Position numbers and translations under genes: made by a program
Shown here: piece by piece, positions 20,701-29,926 of the stretch
How positions within the stretch are numbered: the stretch's first letter is position 1
Layout of the letters: every line of letters begins with the position of its first letter
Notes under the pieces: generated by a model
Told to the model about the DNA's origin: nothing
Seen by the model: only the letters and a program-made list of their open reading frames with translations
Databases searched by the model: none
Source: a virus
IMG/VR virus record: IMGVR_UViG_3300042507_005574
Strand: one strand, 5' to 3'
Length of the DNA stretch: 64,000 bases

Positions 20701-21625
20701 GTCTTCAGATTTTGATTATCGGTATCTTTATGATTATGTTGTAACGGGACACAAAGGAGATGATATACAGGTTGGGGATGCTATATTCCAAAACTTTGCG
20801 GGAGGAACTGGAATATGCTCGTATCCCTTTGACAGTACATTTGGTTTTGTTTTTGCATACTCTAAAGATACAGGAAGACTTTTACTTTCCAGTAGAACAT
20901 CTCACCCCGTTCTTTCATCTGATATTTTAATCAGATGTGATGAAACTTTGAGACCAGTGGGTGCAACATACGGAACTACATCTGGATATGTTCAAGGCAC
21001 TTTGGGATTCCAATCTTGTGAAGAAATATCTCCATCAACTAGTGCTGGTGGATGGAAATTCAATCATTACTTAGGTAGACCAGGATATGGGTATACAAAG
21101 AAATCATCAGGGCTACCATATCCAAATGACACCGAAGTTGCGTCTTGGATGAGTATTGAAAGAGGCGGACCAAGAGTGCTTGGAAACTTTTGGTGGTATG
21201 GTCTTTGGTATGAAGGATTCCCACAATCAAGAATACAGAATAGTAAAAAAGATGATTGTACATTTGCAGAAATAGAAGACCCTGTAGCATCAAGCAACGA
21301 ATTGTATCTTGGAACTCATAATATGGGGATGTTCTTATCTGATCAACCAATCTACTATAGATCAGCAGATCCCGATGATCCGAATAAATACTATTACTTC
21401 GGTAAAGTGGAAGATATTTTTTACAGAATGTTGAATGATTTTAATGATGAAAACGGTGTGACGGGGGACTATAGATGCACAAAGGAAATCATCAAATTTG
21501 ATGGTGAATCCGATGCATACAATTATCCAAATTCCATAAGAGTTCCAGTATTGAAGTCTCAACACCCATCGCTAACAAGAATTTATGCTGGTGTTAACAT
21601 AAAAGAGACAGAGTTCTTAAAGTGA
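17795..21625 (+). CDS. Large hypothetical virion protein with dispersed trypsin-like serine protease motifs
   Basis: AITKRHLL..FH, SIHLLDQDLP and GKSGSP occur in trypsin order but far apart. Many GxTG motifs. Confidence 0.55.
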   Translation: MAFHGSQGFFRFKGATSIPQKEVGISGDSRYTREFLDREPITIHAPFNLTSTFKRGDTPFGFSLPFSYIQDEWDTVPGIPNDFYNLKFSPDLVWNTYASLQENGDHVFMEEKDGYIYILRNVVLAGLTQENAGIPVVYDDEIGSFLSVPYLWGSVIEGIHSGARRFIVGPTKKFVSNPFYGEYDSTSLDILGDYGDIACAGTGDFAAGQMLLVMPEYGTTGVYDESRHNIFNYSADVRVVSGNSTPLNSNFLPQTPFSTENIDYSGFRLRDRKKLPVPYFAADEESLISMVNGTTVEPDRTVYGTSGNPQTPPFISFVSWKYTGFNANPTRRHAFAITKRHLLSLSTPFHNYAYSPDNPYAKDPFGFANAVTGFVPFTDHQPGDKVYFYDKNENRVIERTVVATLPFDVKTVHETLNKIVSGAYPRLESTWTNVYIENCVIYTDPAGVTYNTPCYEYTQLEEGYNTEIAFGNYDYVVNYEGSPIGGTGDISEFDSGSEFEDKWLKTYPEITGTESSLEYAEMFSRIRDKFVQNALYKDNFSGFDEKSFGPTSFFEVVPFNYNLGIETGGVTSTTGVGWFDSLMPQNYPIRNMVGGLPINLYTLNNPSETNPLALQKSLGNKFQESVAFEDSITDVNPTRENIRSSQANQNIGVVGYSAEQSLEESDPEPENPTGSIPRMEVDSTLPNSTIDEQFYYLPTAARNAIREYFPHGLNNIFYGSFNANDKFRRLLTWEYLTSHFKGLIDGKCSIHLLDQDLPDGVRPISLLDVRRSELHKHEMFVDDQMRGFIAKNCPPQTTFFPLQYFGNVAIAGCRREYGTINFARTYANPYGESMLNMLLFRVGRCGDNISNVLDDCGETGNSSSGPECKWGVFQLSVGSNFPILSNDGNDRGLMFPDVTTQTNCYDCWYNGNDTIERSLPINAKNEDKLNDLTITKSSWGGQDLPGPLFTYGKSGSPILSRIVTQSLYGSSDFDYRYLYDYVVTGHKGDDIQVGDAIFQNFAGGTGICSYPFDSTFGFVFAYSKDTGRLLLSSRTSHPVLSSDILIRCDETLRPVGATYGTTSGYVQGTLGFQSCEEISPSTSAGGWKFNHYLGRPGYGYTKKSSGLPYPNDTEVASWMSIERGGPRVLGNFWWYGLWYEGFPQSRIQNSKKDDCTFAEIEDPVASSNELYLGTHNMGMFLSDQPIYYRSADPDDPNKYYYFGKVEDIFYRMLNDFNDENGVTGDYRCTKEIIKFDGESDAYNYPNSIRVPVLKSQHPSLTRIYAGVNIKETEFLK

Positions 21626-21654
21626 TCCTAAATAAAGCCACAGGAGATTATGCT

Positions 21655-21963
21655 ATGGACAATGTTAAATTAATTAGAATGGTTTCGGGTGAAGAAGTGA
21701 TTGCTAAGGTGCTTGATGAAACTCAAGATGGTGGACTTGTTCTCAAGAACCCATGCATTCTGCTTCCTGCTGGTCAGGGTAGACTTGCCCTAGTTCCTTG
21801 GATGCCTTATGCGGAAACAGAAAACATGGAAGTTCCGTCTAAGGTGGTTGCTTTCCAAGTCACTCCCAAGATTGATTTGGTCAACGAATACAACACGATG
21901 AACAGCGGTCTCATCGTTCCTGACAAGAGTGTTGCATCACCGAAACTGACTTTGGTCGAGTAA
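21655..21963 (+). CDS. Conserved T4-like Sm-like-fold protein
   Basis: VKLIRMVSGEEVIAKV...LKNP...LVPWMPY...LVNEYN. SD CAGGAG favours the ATG at 21655 over 21622. CTAAATA at 21628. Confidence 0.7.
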   Translation: MDNVKLIRMVSGEEVIAKVLDETQDGGLVLKNPCILLPAGQGRLALVPWMPYAETENMEVPSKVVAFQVTPKIDLVNEYNTMNSGLIVPDKSVASPKLTLVE

Positions 21964-21977
21964 TCTGGCCGTCTAAT

Positions 21978-22037
21978 AAGGACAGATTTCGCAGAATCTG
22001 TCCTTCTGAGAAGGACACCTTTTGGGTGTCCTTTTCT
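21978..22037. terminator. Two tandem hairpins between convergent genes (bidirectional terminator)
   Basis: AAGGACAGATT-TCGCAG-AATCTGTCCTT and AAGGACACC-TTTTG-GGTGTCCTTTT. Confidence 0.7.
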
Positions 22038-22039
22038 AT

Positions 22040-23746
22040 TTACGACATCTTACTGTAATTGCCCTTCTTGGATAGTTGAACATGTCGCTCAAACTTATCT
22101 TGAAGAACTTCCTTGGATTTGTGGCTGATGACAAAAACATTTACATTGTGACCACGCATGCCATTCATGATCTCCAAGAACGCTTCTGTTGATGTATCGT
22201 CTAGCGATCCATCTAAAACCTCATCTAGAATCAGTAAGTTAGTGGAGAGTGAGTTCTTGATCTCTGCCATGGCTCTCCAAGCAAACAGAAGTGCCAGATC
22301 GATCTTCCGCTTCTCACCTTCGCTGAAAGAAGCATATGTGAATACATCACGGTGTCGAGACTTGATGGTTTCGTTGAATTCATCGTCAAGATTAAAGTTG
22401 ACGAAGAAATTCATCATACTCAAATACTTGTTGATCGTTCTATTGATGACTGGAATATAATGCTTGATAATTTTTTTCTTGATTCCACCATCTTTCAGCA
22501 GGATAGACGCAAGGCCCAAGTAATGATTGTCCTCTACAAGTTCTCTCTTTGAATCAAGTACTTCTGATTCTTCACTTTCAAGACGAGACAGTTCTTTTTC
22601 GTCTTGAATCAACTTTGTGGTGTTCCCCCCACGCCCACGAACTTTACCAATATAATCATTAAGAGAATCGATATCAGATGTTTTCTTATGGATTAATGAC
22701 TGAAGTGCAGAAATCTCCAACAGAACATCTGTAATTGTGTTCAGTCTATCATCGACCTCTTTATACTTGATCATCAATTCCGAAAGACCATCATTTAAAT
22801 CTTGAGACTTCTTACCCTTTGATTGTACAGTTGTCTTCTTAAACTCTTCATCGATTGACTGTGAGCATGTCGGACACTTGTTATTACTTTCATAGAATTG
22901 AATCTCTTTCTTGAGAGAAGAGATCTTCTTTTCAATCGTACCTTTCAAAACAATGCATTCCTCACGCTTCTTGGAGATTAAATCTTTATCCGCTACACTT
23001 TCGAACATAGTTTCGATGGTTTTAGTCATCGATTCGATTTCTTTTCGGTGTTTCTCAATCTCTACATTTGTACGATCAATTTCCTGTGTTTCCCACTCTT
23101 TATCTGATAGAGTTCTTTTTCTTTCGTCTTCGATGATCTTTCTTTGGTTCTTGACCCTCTCCTTAGCAATAGCCAACTGTGTGTCGATCTGCACCGACTC
23201 TTCCTTGATCTGGCTGGTTCTTTCCTTGAGAAGGGTATTCATCACGGAGAACACTCCGATGTCTAGAATCGACTCTACGACCGCTCTACGCTCTGCTGCG
23301 GGTAATCGCATGAATGGGATATAATTGGCAGAACCTAGTATAACTACCTGACAAAAAGACTTATAAGACATGTGGAGAATCTGTTCCTCTAGAATCTTTT
23401 GTCCATCCCGTGCTTTTGCTTCTTGATCTAGGAGTTTATCGTCTTTCCAAATCTCAAAGATCTTGGGTGACTGCCCACGAACGATTTTGTATTCGTTCTT
23501 TTCATCCGAGAACTCCAATTCAACAACACAATCTTTTTCATTGACTGAGTTAGTTAACTGTGGTAAGTTGATATTTCTGTATGGCTTATTGAAAAGAGCA
23601 AATGTCAAAGCGTCGAGCAAAGTACTCTTACCTGAACCATTCTCACCGCTGATTAGGGTTGTTGATGCATCTGTTAGAGATAGTTCTGTGAAATTATTTC
23701 CTGTGCTTAGAAAGTTCTTCCACCGAATTTTCTTGAAAGTAATCAT
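22040..23746 (-). CDS. gp46: Recombination endonuclease ATPase subunit (Rad50/SbcC-like)
   Basis: KNFLSTGN, Walker A GENGSGKST, zinc hook CPTC, signature FSEGEK, Walker B LILDEVLD. Confidence 0.97.
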   Translation of the reverse strand: MITFKKIRWKNFLSTGNNFTELSLTDASTTLISGENGSGKSTLLDALTFALFNKPYRNINLPQLTNSVNEKDCVVELEFSDEKNEYKIVRGQSPKIFEIWKDDKLLDQEAKARDGQKILEEQILHMSYKSFCQVVILGSANYIPFMRLPAAERRAVVESILDIGVFSVMNTLLKERTSQIKEESVQIDTQLAIAKERVKNQRKIIEDERKRTLSDKEWETQEIDRTNVEIEKHRKEIESMTKTIETMFESVADKDLISKKREECIVLKGTIEKKISSLKKEIQFYESNNKCPTCSQSIDEEFKKTTVQSKGKKSQDLNDGLSELMIKYKEVDDRLNTITDVLLEISALQSLIHKKTSDIDSLNDYIGKVRGRGGNTTKLIQDEKELSRLESEESEVLDSKRELVEDNHYLGLASILLKDGGIKKKIIKHYIPVINRTINKYLSMMNFFVNFNLDDEFNETIKSRHRDVFTYASFSEGEKRKIDLALLFAWRAMAEIKNSLSTNLLILDEVLDGSLDDTSTEAFLEIMNGMRGHNVNVFVISHKSKEVLQDKFERHVQLSKKGNYSKMS

Positions 23747-24813
23747 ACAGACTGCGCCTCCATGTACAGTTCACGAATGATGTTCTTTAGTCTAGTTGGA
23801 TCTTCGATCCCCTCTGTCCTATCAATCTCTTCGCAAATCAAACTCAATGTGTCTTTGGACAAATCAACTTTCTCTACCGTGTTAACAGTCTTGTTGGATT
23901 GAGTTTGATCCAATATCGAAATTGAATGTGAACCTTCTTCATTCAATTTATCAATCACACGATCCAACATGAATGGGTTTGTCTTCTTCTCAATAACTAG
24001 TCTGACAAATGTGTTTTTGAAATAGTTCCAATCAATTGAACCATCGAAGAAGTCTTTATGTTCTTCATCGTTGTAGGTAAACTGTGTGAAAAGTCGAATT
24101 GGATTCTGAATATATTCAACCTCACCAGTATCAGTATCAATTACATGAAATCCTTTAGGCTCATGCAAGTCACCAAAAGTGATCTGATATTGTGTACCAA
24201 GATAGTGGATGTTGCCTTTACTGTGTCTGCAATGGAAATGTCCGCTGTAAACAGCATCGTATCCCGAAAGAATACCAGGATCCATACCATCATGGTGTTC
24301 AACACCACGAAGCACTTCGTATCCCGACAACTCAAAGTGGCCCATGAGAATCTTTGCATCTTTCTTTGCAATGAAATCTAGGCACTCTTTCTCATTTGCT
24401 GTAGTTATCCAAGGAACCATTCCAATTCGAAGTCCCTTGATTTCGACAACTCTTGGTTCAAAATAGAAATTCCAATTGTGGCAAAGGCCCGAATGGTAAA
24501 ACAACTCTTGAATGGAGTTGACTTCGTTGGTGTTCTTATAGAAAACATCGTGGTTACCTGGAATGATGTCTAGAGTGATTCCCAATTCCAACAAAGGAGT
24601 AATGAACCTCTTGTGAACGACATTTAATGTGTGAAAATTAACATACTTGCGACGATCCATAAGATCACCCAAGTGAATGACATTTCGTATGTCATGCATA
24701 CGCATATATGGGAAGAACACTTTCTCAAAGAACTGCATGAAGTGTTCTAGAAAAATCGGGTTGTCGTTACGAGCACCGAAGTGCGTGTCGTTTATGATTG
24801 CTATCTTACCCAT
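23743..24813 (-). CDS. gp47: Recombination endonuclease nuclease subunit (Mre11/SbcD-like)
   Basis: Metallophosphoesterase motifs DTHFG, HLGDLMDRRK, PGNHD and SGHFH. Confidence 0.97.
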   Translation of the reverse strand: MGKIAIINDTHFGARNDNPIFLEHFMQFFEKVFFPYMRMHDIRNVIHLGDLMDRRKYVNFHTLNVVHKRFITPLLELGITLDIIPGNHDVFYKNTNEVNSIQELFYHSGLCHNWNFYFEPRVVEIKGLRIGMVPWITTANEKECLDFIAKKDAKILMGHFELSGYEVLRGVEHHDGMDPGILSGYDAVYSGHFHCRHSKGNIHYLGTQYQITFGDLHEPKGFHVIDTDTGEVEYIQNPIRLFTQFTYNDEEHKDFFDGSIDWNYFKNTFVRLVIEKKTNPFMLDRVIDKLNEEGSHSISILDQTQSNKTVNTVEKVDLSKDTLSLICEEIDRTEGIEDPTRLKNIIRELYMEAQSV

Positions 24814-24814
24814 C

Positions 24815-25402
24815 TCACTCCATTAAATCTTCTAGATTTTGCTTGGTAGATTTACGCTTACGCCTTTTCTTCTTGATCACCTTGTTTTCTGAAGTGCCTT
24901 CGAAATTTCTGACATCGTTATCACTGAGTGAAAAATAATCAGCATAAGGATTTTCACTTTTAGGTTCCGAATCAGATAACTTACTATCTTCCATCATTCT
25001 ATTTCTGAATTTTCCAGTTTTATCAGAATTTTCGAAACACTTCATTTTGACAAAGAGTTGCTTCTTCTCTTTCATTATTCTACGAAGAAATGCGTAGTAA
25101 ATTATTTGAGTAAAAAAGGCAAAAGGGTTCTTTGATTTCTTTTCGTCAAAATTTGTGGTGTACATTATACAATTTTCAATGCCATCGGATATCATCTCCT
25201 CTTTGAAAATGTAATTAGCAAAATTGGGTTTCTTCGCTAAGTTGAGTGCGATATCTAAAAAGCACTGTCCAATATAATTGGACACACCTGGAGGCTTTTC
25301 TCCATTTTTCTTTGCTTTGGTGTGTAATTTTTTATGTTCAATAAGTTCCTCTAGGAACTTTTGATTGTCGATATAGTGATTTTCTTTTTTTCTTTTAGCC
25401 AT
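24815..25402 (-). CDS. gp55: Late-transcription sigma factor
   Basis: HYIDN, KPNFANY..KEEMISDGIENC, KSKNPFAFFTQIIYYAFLRRI. Canonical position beside gp47. Confidence 0.95.
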   Translation of the reverse strand: MAKRKKENHYIDNQKFLEELIEHKKLHTKAKKNGEKPPGVSNYIGQCFLDIALNLAKKPNFANYIFKEEMISDGIENCIMYTTNFDEKKSKNPFAFFTQIIYYAFLRRIMKEKKQLFVKMKCFENSDKTGKFRNRMMEDSKLSDSEPKSENPYADYFSLSDNDVRNFEGTSENKVIKKKRRKRKSTKQNLEDLME

Positions 25403-25532
25403 GTTATTGGGTGTAGTTTAACCTGAATATTCATTTTGTAAAGACTGTAGTTTCATTTTTGTAAAAATCTTTAGGATTATAATGTAAAGAACTGTTTTTG
25501 TGTGCTACATATCCTTGGGTTACAAGGAACCA

Positions 25533-25595
25533 AAGTACTTAAGTACTATATTACCCTATTAAGTAAGATATAAAGTATCAAGTACTTAAGTACTA
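25533..25595. repeat. Two copies of the 14-bp palindrome AGTACTTAAGTACT in the AT-rich gp55 upstream region
   Basis: AAGTACTTAAGTACTA at 25533-25548 and 25580-25595. Confidence 0.9.
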
Positions 25596-25958
25596 GGCGA
25601 GTTCTTCGCCTTCATCCTCGTCATCAAAAAAATCGTCTTTTGCGTCTTCAAGATCATCATTTGCATTGAATAGATCAAATCTGATTTTTGCTTCATTGTA
25701 GTCCTTTAGGACATCATTGTATGGATTGGATATGCAAACTACCATTTTTTCAGGAACAATGTACATCTCGTCTTTTGAAAATTCCATCCAAGGTTTTAGT
25801 AACATCATTGGTTCTGCTGGTTTGCCCTTTTTGTCCATTGTAGATACAAATGATATAGACATGGGTCTTTCTAGTTGATAAATCTCATTGGTTTTGGCTA
25901 TACCACAGATTAAAGTTTCGTTACTAACAAGTCGAACAATCCTGATTGGATACATCAT
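25593..25958 (-). CDS. Conserved T4-like Sm-like-fold protein downstream of uvsW
   Basis: IRIVRLVSNETLIC...ERPMSI...LKPWM, similar to 21655..21963, with an acidic tail. Confidence 0.7.
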   Translation of the reverse strand: MMYPIRIVRLVSNETLICGIAKTNEIYQLERPMSISFVSTMDKKGKPAEPMMLLKPWMEFSKDEMYIVPEKMVVCISNPYNDVLKDYNEAKIRFDLFNANDDLEDAKDDFFDDEDEGEELA

Positions 25959-27478
25959 GGTTTGTCCTTTCCATAAACAGGCAACTTAACAATTTTGTAC
26001 GGGAATCCTTCTTCGTCGTATAATTTCATTCGTGATAAGAAGTGTTTGAAGGTATAGTTTACTTCATCTTCCCAATGTAAATCGTCTGCTATATCGTATA
26101 ACTTTGCGATATCTTTGTTTTCTGATTTGCGAAGTTGTCTACCGATGCTCTGAAGGATTCGAATCCTACTCTTGGATGGACTAGCGAAGATCAAATTTTT
26201 CAAAGACTTGATATTAATCCCTGTGGAAAATGTCCCATATGAAGCAACAATAATTGCATTGTCTTCTTTTTCTACAATGTGGCGAATTTGCTCACGGTCA
26301 TCCACATCAGTTTCTCCTGCTACGAAAAACACTTTACGGTTTTCTATTTCAATAGGAGCCATCTTACGAATCATCTCATACAGAGGCTTACCGTGTTTCT
26401 CGACATACTGAAACAGAACAAGAGTGTTGCCTCTTACGGATGTTGCGAGTTTAGAGATCATGAAATTGCGTTTTTCACAGTTGACAATCCAATCAATTTC
26501 ATGTTGATAATCTAGACCTCTTAAGGCTTCACGAATCTCTTGTGGATATTTGAACAGTACGCATTCGATTTTCAACGCCGTTAACAGTTCCCTCTCCATT
26601 AGTTCTTTTGTGGATACAACTTTGTTGACAGGTCCAAATAAACCTTCGATGCACAACTTGTGGATCTTCGTTCCGTCGAGTGTTCCCGTAAGAGCAATTC
26701 TGTAGGGACAATCAACCAACTTGTTCATGATAGTTGTTAGCGATTGCGACTTGAATAGATGCGCTTCATCGCCTATAACAACCTCAAAATTGTCAAACCA
26801 AGCACGGGGCATTTTGTAAATAGATTGCCATGTGGAGATGACTATCTGACGATCTGTTAGTTTAGCCACACCACCATGAATTTTGTGACAGTTTTTGTGA
26901 ACTTCCCATCCCGAGTTTTTTGAATAGTCATCGAAGTCTGCATACATCTGTGCAACTAGCGAGATTGTGGGAACAACTATGAGTATCTTTCTCGACGGAT
27001 TAATTACATTTTGATAGTAGCGGCATAGACTATAGATGATTAAACTCTTACCACTAGCAGTTGGAGACAGAAGCACACAACGAGACTTATTGATAGCGTG
27101 ACAAAACGCATCTACTTGGTGGTCATGTGGATCAAGAGGTTGGTCTCCTGCTTTGGGTTTGAGGCTCCTGATGAAATCTTTGGCCTTTTCGCAATTTATT
27201 TTGATTTCGGGACTTGCTAGTAGTGAGTCCACTTCCATTGTGTACCCACGCTGCTGCGAGAAAGAGGCAAGATATTCAATTAGTCCCGCAGGAAGAAGTC
27301 CCGAGTGTGCGTTGAATAGCCTGATTTTACCATCCCAGTACTTGTTCTTAAAGGCAGGAGTGAACTTAGCACCTGGAACATCATAAGTAAAATAGTCTTG
27401 CAACTCATATGCGATTCCATTGTCTGCAAGGACACGGATAAACGCAGAGTTTACATGACGAACACCTATCACATTCAT
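25955..27478 (-). CDS. uvsW: SF2 DNA helicase UvsW
   Basis: WDGKIRLF, SPTASGKS, DEAH, LTGT, ASYGTFSTGINI, LQSIGRQLR. Confidence 0.96.
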   Translation of the reverse strand: MNVIGVRHVNSAFIRVLADNGIAYELQDYFTYDVPGAKFTPAFKNKYWDGKIRLFNAHSGLLPAGLIEYLASFSQQRGYTMEVDSLLASPEIKINCEKAKDFIRSLKPKAGDQPLDPHDHQVDAFCHAINKSRCVLLSPTASGKSLIIYSLCRYYQNVINPSRKILIVVPTISLVAQMYADFDDYSKNSGWEVHKNCHKIHGGVAKLTDRQIVISTWQSIYKMPRAWFDNFEVVIGDEAHLFKSQSLTTIMNKLVDCPYRIALTGTLDGTKIHKLCIEGLFGPVNKVVSTKELMERELLTALKIECVLFKYPQEIREALRGLDYQHEIDWIVNCEKRNFMISKLATSVRGNTLVLFQYVEKHGKPLYEMIRKMAPIEIENRKVFFVAGETDVDDREQIRHIVEKEDNAIIVASYGTFSTGINIKSLKNLIFASPSKSRIRILQSIGRQLRKSENKDIAKLYDIADDLHWEDEVNYTFKHFLSRMKLYDEEGFPYKIVKLPVYGKDKP

Positions 27479-27488
27479 TCATTCGTAT

Positions 27489-27926
27489 TTAGGTTACACC
27501 AGACATGAACTTACGCCACTCAATGGCGTTGCGAATGACCCATTGACGATTGTTGATTCCTTTGAGAATAGAATCTAGATAGTCAACTTTTTGTTTTTGC
27601 ATGTCAATTTTCGTTTGTATCTTGATCAAATCAGCATCTGAATCAAGATAGACATCCATGTCTTGCCGAAGAATTCTGTGGTCAAATTGCTCCCAACCCA
27701 AAGCGGTAAGTTCATCCTTTGACATCTTACCCGAATAGTACTCCCATTTCTGTCTTCGAAGGATTTTGTAATCAGCCTCATGCTTTCTTAGTATGAGAGA
27801 TTCGTCGTGGAAAATATTGAGATACTTTCCATGCAGTTGAGGAATTCGAACGGATTCATCTGCAAGTTCAGTTCCGTCCATTTTCAGGTCGGTTTCGGCC
27901 ATTTCACGGATTCTTTCAATATTCAT
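27489..27926 (-). CDS. uvsY: Recombination mediator UvsY
   Basis: DLKMD..EL..ES..IPQLHGKYL, KWEYYSGK, YLDSD, IRNAIEWRKF. Adjacent to uvsW. Confidence 0.92.
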   Translation of the reverse strand: MNIERIREMAETDLKMDGTELADESVRIPQLHGKYLNIFHDESLILRKHEADYKILRRQKWEYYSGKMSKDELTALGWEQFDHRILRQDMDVYLDSDADLIKIQTKIDMQKQKVDYLDSILKGINNRQWVIRNAIEWRKFMSGVT

Positions 27927-27933
27927 TGCGTAA

Positions 27934-27961
27934 ATTGTATCCTCAAATCCTGAAATGTCAA
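27934..27961 (-). promoter_or_regulatory. sigma70-like promoter for uvsY (TTGACA-16-TACAAT), 7 nt upstream of the ATG
   Basis: The minus strand reads TTGACA tttcaggatttgagga TACAAT ttacgca ATG. Confidence 0.7.
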
Positions 27962-27972
27962 TACATAATAAT

Positions 27973-28542
27973 ATGAGAGTTTATGGAATAGATTATTCTA
28001 TGACTTCTCCAGCCATTTGTTTATTTGATGGTGAGGAGTGGTCTGTAAGATACTTGACTTCAACTTCACGACATGTGAAAGAATATCAATTTCAAACTTT
28101 AATGGGTAAGATTAGTATAGTTGGAGACCCACACAAGGAATTGTGGAAAACTCAAGAGCATAGATTTCATGATATTTCAGAATGGGCGATGGCTTGTATT
28201 GATGATGTTCATGCTAAAATCGTGATAGAAGATTATGCCATGGGGTCTAAAGGTAAAGTTTTCCACATAGCAGAAAACTGCGGCTTGTTGAAACACAAAC
28301 TGTGGAGTGAGGGTTTCAAGTTTGAGACAATCGCACCAACATCTTTAAAGAAATTCGCTACAGGTAAAGGCAATTCTAATAAAGACATCATGCATGCTCA
28401 CTTTATTAAAGACACAGGGGTCGATCTCATGAAAGAGATGACCCCTAATGCCAAGGACTGCATCAGTCCAGTTTCAGATGTGGTTGACTCGTTTTACTTA
28501 GCCAAATGGGCTAATCATACGGCCAAAGATCTCGTTGTGTAG
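27973..28542 (+). CDS. RuvC-like (RNase H fold) Holliday junction resolvase/nuclease
   Basis: GIDYSMTSPAIC, VIEDYAMG, IAENCGLLK, PTSLKKFATGKGNSNK, SDVVDSFY. Start placed at MRVYGID (27973). Confidence 0.8.
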   Translation: MRVYGIDYSMTSPAICLFDGEEWSVRYLTSTSRHVKEYQFQTLMGKISIVGDPHKELWKTQEHRFHDISEWAMACIDDVHAKIVIEDYAMGSKGKVFHIAENCGLLKHKLWSEGFKFETIAPTSLKKFATGKGNSNKDIMHAHFIKDTGVDLMKEMTPNAKDCISPVSDVVDSFYLAKWANHTAKDLVV

Positions 28543-28952
28543 ATTTTAGGGAAAGCCTTTTCAACCATTTCCTTATCGATTCCGTATGAATACTTGAAAG
28601 ATCCCTCAAACATAGACTTGAGCATTTCCGTTTCCTTTTTGGAAATGGATTCAAGAATCTGAATCAGGATTTCATCCTTTCGTTTAGCGGAAAGGTTGTA
28701 TTCTTCTTTGAAAATGTAAAGTCTTCGAACTTCAGCCCAAAGCGAAGATGGTGCTAATCCATCAGGACTGCCGTCTTCGGTGAAATCCGGTAGGGTCTTT
28801 CTATACCAAGAAGTTCCATCGAATGCATATTTCAACAGTTCTCGCATGGCTATTGTGTTATTTGCTTGAAGACCACGAACAATATCTTGCGGTCCTTTGG
28901 CCTTGTTCTTAATATCAATTAGAATTTCTGCAATAGTTAAATTCGCTGACAT
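28515..28952 (-). CDS. Conserved T4-like hypothetical protein
   Basis: LTIAEIL...ELLKYAFD...EVRRLYIF...IQILESI, a pattern typically found next to rnh in cyanophage-like genomes. Confidence 0.7.
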   Translation of the reverse strand: MSANLTIAEILIDIKNKAKGPQDIVRGLQANNTIAMRELLKYAFDGTSWYRKTLPDFTEDGSPDGLAPSSLWAEVRRLYIFKEEYNLSAKRKDEILIQILESISKKETEMLKSMFEGSFKYSYGIDKEMVEKAFPKIYTTRSLAV

Positions 28953-28954
28953 GT

Positions 28955-29794
28955 TTAAAACTCCTGTAAGTGTTCAATAAGCAAACGCATATTGTTTTCT
29001 ATCATATATGGTAATATCTTTGATCGATTGCCTTCAGAAGGGACTTCGAATTCACGCATAATTGCGGTTTCAATTCTATCCGGAATTCGTGAAAAATCGA
29101 TCATGGTCTTGTTGCGTTCGTAGTTTCGAAGCATTTCATCTGTGCAGAATGTATTTAGCGGAACCTGAATCCATTCAACAAGTTTCTTCTCGTAAATGGG
29201 TTTTTGTCGTTTACTTTCGACAAAAACAGAATCGTCCGATAGGAAATTGGGAACTCCATCGCCACTATCTCCCTTCATGATATGGCGTATAAGTTCCTCT
29301 CTAGGATTTTCGCAGACGATAAATTCTTTCGTCCGAGGACACCATTGCTTCACATTCGGCAGGCTCTGTAGTTGGAAGAAGTCGTGGTCTGACGATACAA
29401 TCAGATGCTTCCCTTCAAGATTCTTTGAAAGGACTGCAATGATGTCATCACCTTCACACGAATCAACTTCCATCAGTTTATAGGGGAAGACATCCTTCAA
29501 CTCTTTTTTGATCTGACGCAGAATGTCCCATAACTGATCCCAGTTAATATCGGACTCTTCCCTAACCTTTTTTCGATTGGCCTTGTATTGTGGAAAGATA
29601 TCCTTGCGCCACGCCCGTACACGGGAGTCATAACACAAAACTGGTTCGCCGTATTCACTTGAGAACTTGAGTCTGATAAGTCTAACGCTATTCACTACCA
29701 TATGACGAATGAGACCAATATCCATATTGGGCTTGCCCTTAGACTCAGCCATCAAGTTGGCAATAGTGATTTGATTCATGTCCAAAAGGATCAT
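28955..29794 (-). CDS. rnh: T4-type RNase H (5'-3' exonuclease, FEN family)
   Basis: MILLDMNQ, WRKDIFPQYKANRK, EGDDII, SSDHDFFQLQ, GDSGDGVPN. Start placed at 29794, directly after a sigma70 promoter. Confidence 0.93.
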   Translation of the reverse strand: MILLDMNQITIANLMAESKGKPNMDIGLIRHMVVNSVRLIRLKFSSEYGEPVLCYDSRVRAWRKDIFPQYKANRKKVREESDINWDQLWDILRQIKKELKDVFPYKLMEVDSCEGDDIIAVLSKNLEGKHLIVSSDHDFFQLQSLPNVKQWCPRTKEFIVCENPREELIRHIMKGDSGDGVPNFLSDDSVFVESKRQKPIYEKKLVEWIQVPLNTFCTDEMLRNYERNKTMIDFSRIPDRIETAIMREFEVPSEGNRSKILPYMIENNMRLLIEHLQEF

Positions 29795-29801
29795 ACCGAA
29801 C

Positions 29802-29862
29802 AGTATACAGTCAAAAACTTTAGTTGTCAAGACTTGACAACGATTAAATATGGCTGTATATT
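29802..29862. promoter_or_regulatory. Back-to-back divergent sigma70 promoters
   Basis: Minus strand: TTGACA(29830-29825)-17-TATACT. Plus strand: TTGACA(29834-29839)-17-TATATT(29857-29862). The two -35 boxes form the inverted repeat TTGTCAAG-A-CTTGACAA. Confidence 0.8.
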
Positions 29863-29926
29863 ATGCGAAAGCCCAATTTGGATGTTGGGCTATCGTAAAT
29901 TTGCAAGATAGAAAATAGGATAGAAA

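Noticed and set aside
11360-27478. Inteins or introns in nrdJ, gp46 or uvsW
   Set aside because: Lengths are normal, motifs are contiguous, and no splicing or homing-endonuclease motifs were seen.
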